NCBI GenBank assembly: GCA_024626585.2
Contig: JANKJI020000004.1
Span: 177,113,858 to 177,134,245, forward strand
DNA from: Ginkgo biloba
Taxonomy: Eukaryota; Plantae; Ginkgophyta
Length of the DNA: 20,388 nt
Direction of reading: 5' to 3'
Of the stretch, positions 10,791-20,388 are shown piece after piece (positions within the stretch are counted from its first letter, which is position 1; each line of letters starts with the position of its first letter). A program made the position numbers and the translations under genes. The notes beneath the pieces are model-generated. The model saw only the letters and a list, made by a program, of their open reading frames with translations, had not been told where the DNA came from and searched no databases.

Positions 10791-11350
10791 TANNNNNNNN
10801 NNNNNNNNNNNNNNNNNNNNNNNNNNNNNNNNNNNNNNNNNNNNNNNNNNNNNNNNNNNNNNNNNNNNNNNNNNNNNNNNNNNNNNNNNNNNTACAATGA
10901 TCTATACCATCAAATAAAATATAGCAGTGAAAGTAATCAACCTCGTCTGAACAATCTTCTCAAACATAGTTGAGCAAAAAAAAGACTTGACACAACTTGC
11001 TTGTACATTTGCATTGCCATTTATGCACACTCAAGAGGCAATACTATCTTTTGAATTGTTCTACAAGAAGTTAAAGCCTGGTCTAATGATTTCCAATGTT
11101 TATTCACATGCATACATGCCCTGGAACAATAATTTCAAAAAGCTCTTTGTCTTCTAATGGCAAAACAACCTATACAACTATTAGATCTTTATGCATTGAT
11201 CCATACAAGCCACAATTATACAAATGTTCAGCAACATGCAAAACAATAGCAACCATACATTCAAATACATAGGGGGGATTAGAAGTGCAAGACCCTCATT
11301 TTTTTTTTAAGCTTGCAAGAGTTTGAAATCGAGCAAGATTTGAAATACCC

Positions 11351-11396
11351 CTGAAGTGGTCAAAGATTTTAGCCTTAAAATCTTTGACCACTTCAG
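11351..11396. repeat. Perfect inverted repeat, 21-bp arms with 4-nt loop
   Basis: ctgaagtggtcaaagatttta-gcct-taaaatctttgaccacttcag. Confidence 0.95.
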
Positions 11397-11989
11397 TTGG
11401 AGTCATGAACGAGCATTGCTGAATGTTGAAAATCTCATTTTTAGATTTTGTCCTTTCGAATTTGAACTACTTGTATAACCCTATGCAACCTCATAAATGC
11501 TTGAAACAATGTAATTTTGAAATCACATAGAGAAGAGGTCAAGTCCTCTTGCTAATCATTATCATTTGAGATACCACTGTAACAATCCCAAAACTATCTT
11601 TAAGTGCCAATAGGAAGAAAAGCAGATTGTTTGAATAAGAATATAGACAAAATTCATCATCCAATTCATGCGTTCATCTCAATGGAAAAGAAATGGATAA
11701 GTGTAGTGAAAGTTTCTACATAATTATCACATTAAAAAATCCATCCATTTCATTATCTATCCAAGCATTAACATCCATTCACAACACTGAGTAGCCCCAA
11801 GCCCAATTGACTCAGTTGGGACCCTTTTGATTTATTATTATTGAAAAAAGTATCAAAGCTACAAGGATAAAGGCTCAAAACTTTATCTCAAACCAAATGG
11901 GAAGCTCTCTCGATGCGTTTCGTCTTCCTCACTCCTTCACATTGTTCAAATAAGAGGGAGAGATGACCTATGGTCTCCATGACCTTTGG

Positions 11990-12450
11990 TTCTTCGCCTC
12001 TTGTGACCTTTCACTACTATTGATTCTTCATCTTCCATAACTCTTCAACTTCTAATGACCCTTCACCTTTCTGTGGCTAATCAACTTTTGATGACTGCCC
12101 AACTTCTAGTGGCCTTTCGACTTTCAATGACCATTGACCTTTTGGTGACTATCCAACTTCCTATGAATTTTCAACTTCCAACAACCTTTCAATTTCGATG
12201 ACTGTTCAACTTTCGGTGATTGTTTAGCTTCTAATGGCCTTTTAACTTCTAGTGACAATTCATCTCTTAGTGACTATTCAACTTCTCAATGGCCTTTCAA
12301 CTTTTGGTGACCATTCATCTTTCGATGACCATTCGACTTCAGCCTTTCAACTTTTGGTGACCGTTCAACTTTCGGTGACCTTTCATCTCTGGGTGACTGC
12401 ACATCTTCCCATGGTAGTTCAACTTCTAAAAGCCTCGTTCAACTTTTCTA
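11990..12450. repeat. Degenerate 18-bp tandem minisatellite, about two dozen copies (consensus about caacttttggtgaccntt)
   Basis: Units such as caacttctaatgaccctt / caacttttgatgactgcc / caactttcggtgattgtt / caacttttggtgaccatt / caactttcggtgaccttt sit in register with few indels. Confidence 0.9.
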
Positions 12451-12556
12451 GGTCCTCAACAGTGGTCATTTTGGTGATTGCATGCATCCATGCAACCCCT
12501 TAGGTGTACCACTAGNNNNNNNNNNNNNNNNNNNNNNNNNNNNGCCAACTGGTGCT

Positions 12557-14700
12557 TGTAACAGATCATGTAAGACACTACTACAACTATTTTCTACAAC
12601 TTAGTGTCCTTAGTTATATTTAGAACAATTAGAATGTTAGTATATTTTTTAAGTGTGTCTTTTGGAACTCCCATATCAGTTTTGTGATTTAATTTATGTG
12701 ATAGGACAAGCTATTGAAGCTAGTGTGACCTTGTAGGTAGCTATATTTAGACGACGTCCACTCGGTTGTAGGAAACGATTATACTTGGGGTTGGGTCATT
12801 GGCAACTAGTTTTAGTGGTACATGTTAAAAACAATATATATTGCAGGTCATGTTTTCTCTCTATTATGTCTTAATAGTATTTTGAGTGAAATAATTCACA
12901 ATTGCATGCAGGAGTAGAAGGGTTATTTCTAGGAAACCCTAGGAGGTTGTTAGATGGTATTAGAGTACAAGTCTTGAATAGCTTTGTGAGAAGATCATGA
13001 TTTTTATCTTTTGAATGGTTTAGGGGAAATTGAGTCTAAGCATAAACATTGTTGGGAAGAGGGATAGATTTTTGGCAAATGGACAATTCATGGATAAACT
13101 AAAAGAGGTAGAGAAGACTGCTTCTACGGATTGGAGAGAAACCTCACCAGAAGTTTTATGGATTGGCATGTAGCCAAGAGAAGTATAGAAGAATGGTTGT
13201 ATGAAGATGATTGCCAGAAAGTAGAATATGGGATCTTTTGGGACCTTATATGTGACTTGGGATTTCCCAACAACCCACAAACATTGAGGCTGCAAAAGGA
13301 TAGCACAACCATTGTACGAAGCAACAAGGCAAAAAATTTGCAATGAATAGGAGGTGACTGCAAGGAAACAATAAAAAACCCAGGAGGAATAGAGGGCAGT
13401 TGAAAGGCAAGCCAAGGCCAAAGGGGAGTGATTCAAATAAGCACAAATGGTTGTCGAAAAGAAAGCCGCCGTAGTTAGGGAGGCAACTTGAAAGGATCAC
13501 AAGGAAAGCAAGAAGAGAGGAAAATGGGACTATTGTCTTGGACATTCCAACACAAGCAATGGCTAGGAGAGGAGCTGGAAGGTGAAAGATACAGGAAAAG
13601 GGTTGGTGGTGGTGGAGAGAAGGCAGGGTTGGTGAAAGGAAGCTCAAAGAAGTGCTCAAGGCAATTGCAAGTAACAACAAAGATGTTTGAGAAGTTGTTT
13701 GTTATGTCATGTTTGATGGGGGGGTTGACCGCCACTTGGTAACCTGCATGTTTTGTGAGATTATAGAAAGGAAAGTCATAAAAGAGCATGAGGCTTCGAT
13801 GGCAGTTTTGGGTTTGGATAAGTCAACAACCACAAAAGTTATGAGGTTTGATGAACAAGAAGTTTTTGGTTGAGCCAATCATCATAGAGTCAGAGGGTTG
13901 GATGAGCTAGCCCTCAACAACAGATATACAATGTTGGCAAATTCACCACCACAACAATTTTAGGTTTCTAAAAGCCAACTGTGCAAGAAATGCGTGGATG
14001 GATGCTTCAACCTCAATAGCTGATATATGGGTGCATGAGCCAATCACGACAATGGATGCAAGGTTAGATGAGTCGACCGTGATGTAAGTTATAGGGCTGG
14101 ATGAAGATTGCCATTGGCAATGATGCACATTGTTTGATGGGAAACATTGCGATTAGAGCAAATTGTTTTCACAAACTACAGTAGTCAAGGATGACTGCAG
14201 CTAGGGAGGAGGGGATGTAATCATCGACATCTCTATCTAGGATTCCATGGATGGGCAACCAAAAATACATTTGTTTGAGGCTCGGTGTTAAATGGACAGG
14301 TCTTCAACATTCCGGCATTCGGGTACTACATTTGGGATCCAGGCGTCATAGGATGAGAAATCCAAAGTCTGGGACATCTGATGGAAGGTAATGACCTTAA
14401 CACCAGAGGCAGGAAGATTCAATGCGACTAAGGTCTATGACATTAGGTCCTACTGAGACAATAGAAGACGAGTGGGTATTGTACATATATGGCATTTGTA
14501 TCTGAAGGGGTATGAATACCCTGGTTGTATCTTAAGAGGGAGCATCTTTGGAGGGCGAGTTGATGAATCTCTTGTGTTTAGTCTATTTTAGTAAGGTTTT
14601 GGCCCTAGTAATAAAGTGGTATTTCTTGGACCAATGGATGTGAAAGGGAAGAGGGGAGGGATGTTAATGGATGAATAACATGAGGCATTATCGTCACTAC
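12557..14700 (+). mobile_element. Short LTR retroelement lacking recognisable RT (5' LTR ~12557-12952, PBS 12955-12966, PPT 14643-14660, truncated 3' LTR from 14662)
   Basis: TGTAAC start; PBS tggtattagagt (TGGTATCAGAGC with two C>T changes); purine-rich decayed ORF; PPT aaagggaagaggggaggg followed by TGTTA. The first ~40 bp at 14662 loosely align with 12557, mostly by transitions. Confidence 0.6.
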
Positions 14701-17410
14701 TCCTATTGAGGTACCAAGATATTTTGATATTCTCTTATCATGATTTTCATTTCCCCTTGCTCTTTCAACTTACTGGCGTGTATAATACTCCCTGCTAGTT
14801 CTTATATTTATATTCAATAGAAGTGTTTCTCAAGATTATTCCCCTATTTTCTTTGCTCTGACCTAGTACTTTATTGTCTTAGACTAGCTTTTAACTAAGG
14901 GTTTTGATTTTGGGCATCTCGAAGATAACTCTTACTTAGGATTGGACTTCTCTTTATAAGATTCATGCCACTTTTAAGCTTTAGGGAATGTGATTACTAG
15001 GAAATATGGTGGAGGCCATGGTAGTCCATAAGGTTCCTACATGAAGGATGCAATATTATTTATCTAATAATGATATTGGGAGCTAGGTGAGACAAAGGGA
15101 TAATCAATCACTAATTCCCTTTAGTTAATTAGATCACTTCTAGCCCAATACGTTTGCTTGAATTTCCAAATAATGATTTGAATGACACTAATGTGAGTCT
15201 AGGGTTGAATGGAATTATTGTCTTCATATATACCTATGAGGGAAACATAGGTTTTTTGGTCCTCCTTTGTCCCATTGACCTCTTTCCATTTATTCTTAAC
15301 ATACTCACAAAGTCAAATTCCTTTATGTGGACCATCATTGAGATGACCTAGGGTTGTGTAAAAGTTTCATAAATACCTAAAGTTTTATTGATATTTCTCT
15401 TTATTCTTCTTAACTTGGAATTGAGAATTTAAATTTAATCTTGCCTAAGAGATGGGATCAACCCAACTAGAAGGTTCTAATGCCTCCATATAAATCATTT
15501 CCACTACAAAGGGCATGGGGAAAGGGTATCCTGTTGTCTATGATAATATGTAGTGGTATTTGAGATTCTCATTTAACCATGGCTCCCAAGTGTAGGTTAT
15601 TCTTTCTACTACTTTAAGCACTATGGATATGCACTAGTGGATCAAATAAATACTAGCCTCTAAAGAAGTGAGCCTTCTAGTTAGAATCATGGCNNNNNNN
15701 NNNATAAGTCATTCTATTTATAATGAATCCATTGAATATTTGTATATTTTTTGGATGATGACATCCCTTTCTACTCGCTTGGATTTTTCTTTCAGATTGA
15801 TTTCATGTTCGTGCAGGGGTAGTCTCATGATTTGATTAATTAATAGTGCATAAATGGGGATGACATTATCAAATAACCAAAATTCCCCATTATTAAAATA
15901 ATGAAGAATTTTGAGAATTATGGGATATGGGAGATATAAAAATGGGACCTATATATATATATTCCAATACCCTAGACCTTTCCAATGAATGATATTTGTG
16001 GCTATGTTGTCCTTTATCATTCACCATGGCAAATCTTTCCTATTCCTGAGAATATATCCATAAATTATATTCCACTTATTTGGTAACCTAGAATGACCTA
16101 GTTGCCATAATTGAAGGTGATTAGTGACTTTAATAAAAGTAATATTTCCTTACCAGGGATTCTTCTCCTTACGGATGTGTTCCTAATGCTTTCATAATCT
16201 AACTATTAATAGAATATGAAAACTCATCTTCAAATACCACCATCCAAAATTTTATAATATGCACTTACTATGGTGGTGATATGACTCTCTTCATGTAGTT
16301 CAATAGAAATTTAAATATATGGAGGTGGAAAAATATGAGGGCAAAGAATTTAAAAGTATTAACCTTCCTCATTATTTGAGGGAATAACAATAAATGTATG
16401 CCACATGTTAAGGCTTGATTGGCCAACAACTTCCTTGTCATCATTCTGATAAGTTGATAAATATTCCTATAGGACATTTCTCAAGAAAGGTAATTAATGT
16501 CTACCTCAAGATTCCATGAATAAACACCATTGTTGTTCATCCTAGTCTTTATTAAGTTTCCTTAGTGATCTAGGTTGAAGGCACCTTTCAAGGGAAGATG
16601 ACATGCCTTCTTAGGAGTCTATAGCTTCTTGGAAATCATAGGGGATCCTTGATTAGGTCAGGGAGAAAATAGTTTTTGGGGAACTCCTAACTTCTTGGTG
16701 ATTCTCCACCTTTTACTTTATCATCATCCTTGTGCACATTCTTTAAATTTACTTTATTAGCAATGTGGGCCCCTCCCTCATGATGCACTCTCCTAGATCA
16801 TTCAAGACTTTCTTGACTGAGTTAGGGAGAGGATAAGCTGACTAGGGAGAAAATTAACTTTGAATGGAGAGGAGACTCCTTGGATGACTGAGAGTAAAAA
16901 TTATCCTAGGTCCCAGGTTGCTCCATGAGTGAGTCAGGGAAAATGATAAGACCCACAATGGACAATTTTCTGTAGTGCTAACACCATTCCTTGATTCACT
17001 CCAAAATGACTCTTCTCCCTTTTTATTATTTATTACCATATTAATGCATGTGACTTAAATATTTATAATTCATATTATGGGTCCCTTCCTTATCATGCAT
17101 GCTTCTAGATCATCTTGCACCTTCCTTGCTAGGTTATGGAGAAGATACTTTGACCAGGGAGGGGAATAAACTGATGTGGATATGAAGTCTCTTAGCTAGG
17201 TGATAATTAAAATTATCTTGGCTATTGGATTACTCCTAGAATGAGTCATGTAATGAACTGAGACCCATGATGTGATAATTTTCCTACTCTTAGAAATTCT
17301 CCTAGGATAACCCAGAGGTTACTCTATCTACTCAAGGGATGCTAGAATATGAATAGAATTCTTCCATCATTCACTAATATCATACCTCAATCATCCCAAT
17401 ATACCACCAA
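14700..17410 (-). mobile_element. Decayed Ty3/gypsy gag-side region (probably the 5' half of the element at 9302-10790)
   Basis: Minus-strand remnants LLFPQ (~16385), *GEESLVRKY (gag 'Q.EGESL..Y', ~16160) and a possible degenerate zinc knuckle ..HET..RKIQ (~15780-15850). A possible decayed PBS lies at ~17393-17409. Confidence 0.45.
16764..17335. repeat. Ancient direct duplication of about 250 bp, period about 312 bp (copies at 16764 and 17076)
   Basis: Colinear anchors in both copies: tgggcccctccctcatgatgca/tgggtcccttccttatcatgca, ctagatcat, ggagaggata/ggagaagata, aaaattatc, tgagtca, agaccca, aattttc. Confidence 0.75.
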
Positions 17411-17532
17411 GTACATATGATCCATGCTACAGATCGTGTTACCCTTAAAGGATGAGCTAAAAGGTGTCTAAGAAGTTGCTGGAAAGAATATAAACAATGG
17501 TGAAATTTCTATAAATGGACCATCTTGACAGG

Positions 17533-20140
17533 TGAAAGAACCTAAAAATGGTGATGACTAATCTTAGTAGAAGATGATGAGAGTAAGGGGAGCATAATAT
17601 AAACAATACAAGTCATATGCTCCACACTTTAAGGTTGTTCATATAAAATAATGAAATAGGTGGAATTGGAAAGAGATGTAGGGGATGAAGGTTGCAAGGT
17701 AAGTATATTTTCATTCTCCTTCTTATGTGTGGTTGAGATATTCCTATCCTCAAGATTTTTTAGNNNNNNNNNNNNNNNNNNNNNNNNNCATGAATATATG
17801 TGGATCAATCGTCATCCTTTGGTGAATATCATAGTCTAATGGAGCCTCAAAGTAGAGAGGACATGTGGGATGTGACTCCATGTCATCCAACATTGAGGCT
17901 AGTTGGATTAGACCCATGTCATATTCATGATCAATGATCCCTAAGATCTTCTATAGTATATGATCAATTTCTCATATTTGTAACGAAACCATGAACTGAA
18001 ATGTTTGGTGGCACTCTGAATNNNNNNNNNNNNNNNNNNNNNNNNNNNNNNNNNNNNNNNNNNNNNNNNNNNNNNNNNNNNNNNNNNNNNNNNNNNNNNN
18101 NNNNNNNNNNNNNNNNNNNNNTAATATTCCTTCAAAGTGGTATCAAAGCAGTGTTTGAAGCCATGGAATTTGTGTAGTGTTTGAAGTTGTGAGGACTATA
18201 TGCAATTCTTATGGTTTTGTAGTTGTTGAAGCTTTAGGTGTGAATCTAGAAGATTATTTGTGAAGGCTTGAGAATAATTTCTTATATGCATGAAAAAATT
18301 TATGGAAGTTTAATTTTTTTCTTTATTATTTTTGTTGGAATTTGGAGGCTATTTAATATGTTTGTGNNNNNNNNNNNNNNNNNNNNNNNNNNNNNNNNNN
18401 NNNNNNNNNNNNNNNNNGAACTATTAAAGAGACAAAATTTCAAATATGTGTGATAAGATTTAAAAAAAAAAAATTTAGTCATGGGTGATAGATAAGCTAT
18501 GATAGAAAATGAAAAGAGACAGCAAATAATCTTACTTTATGAGAATTATCATACTTACATTCGTGTCTTTATGTCCATTTTGTGTGACATTATGAAGGAA
18601 GAAACTATGGAGTAAGGGAGAGGATATTATCTTATATGGTCAGTCTATATAAAGTGGTCCAACTTTGGATTTGCCAGTGTGTGTCTCTTAATGGAGAGTT
18701 GTAGTCGTGCATAGTCCTATACTTTATAGTTTATGTGTTTTGTATCATATTAAGCGCACATATTGGTTTATCTTGTTTGTGAGAAGGTTCTCACCAAGGA
18801 AATTTTGCAGAGACGAAGGTTGAGGGCATTAACATTGTTGAAGATGTCAACAGGAATTTGGACATGTAGAAAGAGTTGTAGGTCATAGAGAATGTGACGA
18901 CTAGCCACATTAACCCACAGATAGAGATAGAGTTGTAGGCTAAGGAAAGAGATTAGGCAGCCATAAAGACATGCCTGAGAAGTTATAGAGAGACACCTAT
19001 AGAGAAAAATATTGGGAAAAATGTCATAAGAAGATAGAGGCAACAAAGAGGTAGAGGAATAATTACAATGGATTTATAGTAGAGTAGATCACTAGAAGAA
19101 ACTATAGATTCTATGATTTCTTTTTGTTGTGTCATTCTTTATAGTAGTTGTTCATTTCTTACAAAGAAATTTCTACTTTCTACAAGTAACTACCCAATTT
19201 TTTAAGCATTTCGACAATATCACTACACTACAATCCTTTTTGTGCAAAATCATTTGTATAATGGCTGATNNNNNNNNNNNNNNNNNNNNNNNNNNNNNNN
19301 NNNNNNNNNNNNNNNNNNNNNNNNNNNNNNNNNNNNNNNNNNNNNNNNNNNNNNNNNNNNNNNNNNNNNATGTGAAGTGTTGAGAAAGATTATGAATCGT
19401 TTATGAAATTATTTAAAATATTATGGAATTAGAATTCTTTTTAAATAATTATGGAATTATTTAAAATATTTAAAGAATCTTTAAGGATTATGAATCATTA
19501 AAGTGAAATAATTGGAAAGCTAGATAATTTGTTGGAGGAAGTAAGAAAAAGATTACAAGAACTAGAAACAAGAGGTGATAGAGATTTAAGGTGGTTGATA
19601 AATGGAATAACTTCANNNNNNNNNNTAAAAGGGCCTCAAGATGATTTATAAGAAGAAGAACTTTAAGATAAGTTACTTATTTAATGGAAGCATCATCAGC
19701 ACAAAATGAATAAAGCTTAAGAACAATAATAAATGTTATGGAATATTCTTTGATACTTATAATGTTTGATGGAAGTGGAAATAAATAAAGATAGCTCTTC
19801 ACTTATGAGTGTATCTAGGGTGCAAGAAGTGTGATAGATGATAGAATTAAATGGTGATATTTTGTTATGACTCTCCAAGGACCAATACAAGATTGATATA
19901 AAAATACCAATTGGAAAAATTATAATGTAGTTGAAGATACATATAAATATGCTAATGCATATCTATAGCGTATGCATACTACCTTTAATGATTTGAAAAT
20001 TTTCAATATAATGAATATGAATACATTAGGGATTATGATAGAAGATTTAAAGCCTTGGTAGGGAATTTTCCCTACACAACTATGAAAGAATAGAAAATTG
20101 AATGGCTTTTTGCCAGTTTTACTTCAAGAATTAGATCTCA
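17533..20140 (+). mobile_element. Ty3/gypsy retrotransposon 5' part: LTR ending 18134, tRNA-iMet PBS 18138-18149, long leader, decayed gag ~19760-20140
   Basis: ...ccttCA-aag-TGGTATCAAAGC junction. The candidate LTR start TGAAAGAA (17533) mirrors the TTCCTTCA end but is uncertain. Gag remnants: MFDGSG, DDRIKW*YFVMTLQGPIQD*YKN, EYIRDYDRRFKALVG, IEWLFAS..RIR. Confidence 0.72.
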
Positions 20141-20388
20141 AGTTAATCAAGGTTGAAGGTTTAGATTAGCACAATTGAATTCATAGAATTCACACTCCCA
20201 AGCAACTATTACAGAATGATAGACTTTTTACACTAATACTCCTCCATGAAGTAAACAAGAAACTACAATACACAAAATTAGGATGAGGGAATGGTGTGTA
20301 AAGTTTCACCACCTTATTCCCCTTATTCATTACATAAATTAGGTATTTATATAATAAGGTTGGAGTAACTTACATGAATTTCATCTAA

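Larger units (their letters stand above)
10892..12514 (-). mobile_element. Partial LTR retrotransposon: LTR (11578 to about 12.5 kb), tRNA-iMet-type PBS (11570-11576) and leader
   Basis: The minus strand reads ...gggattgttaCA-g-TGGTATC, the canonical LTR-end/PBS junction. The LTR holds an 18-bp tandem array. Outer boundaries are hidden by N runs. Confidence 0.6.

Noticed and set aside
11990-12503. CRISPR array or real 83-aa protein
   Set aside because: Contiguous degenerate units with no unique spacers, no cas genes and eukaryotic context; the ORF is a by-product of the 18-bp periodicity.
13020-14128. Overlapping ORFs on both strands as host genes
   Set aside because: They lie between PBS and PPT of an LTR element; minus-strand ORFs reflect purine skew and the plus frame is interrupted by stops.

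Overview
AT-rich, partly N-masked land-plant nuclear DNA; the long TE-filled introns and very old retroelements look gymnosperm-like, but that is inference. The left third holds the 5' end of a minus-strand soluble starch synthase II (SSII, GT5) gene. Two exons are clear: 3221-2705 and 2399-2335, splitting the K-T-G|G-L-G-D-V ADP-glucose-binding motif. A CpG-rich 5' region at about 6.2-7.4 kb has several candidate small exons, a probable transit-peptide exon and upstream ORFs, including a spliced 90-codon ORF overlapping the likely start. The remaining SSII exons lie beyond the left edge. From about 7.9 kb onward the window is decayed, nested LTR retrotransposons: a copia gag fragment, a minus-strand Ty3/gypsy gag-pol split by two insertions, and a plus-strand gypsy with LTR, PBS and gag. 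These carry an 18-bp tandem array, a perfect 21-bp hairpin and a 312-bp-period duplication. I see no convincing new multi-gene system. The best leads are the unusual SSII leader/N-terminus and a short RT-less LTR element with repeated chromodomain-end/PPT modules.
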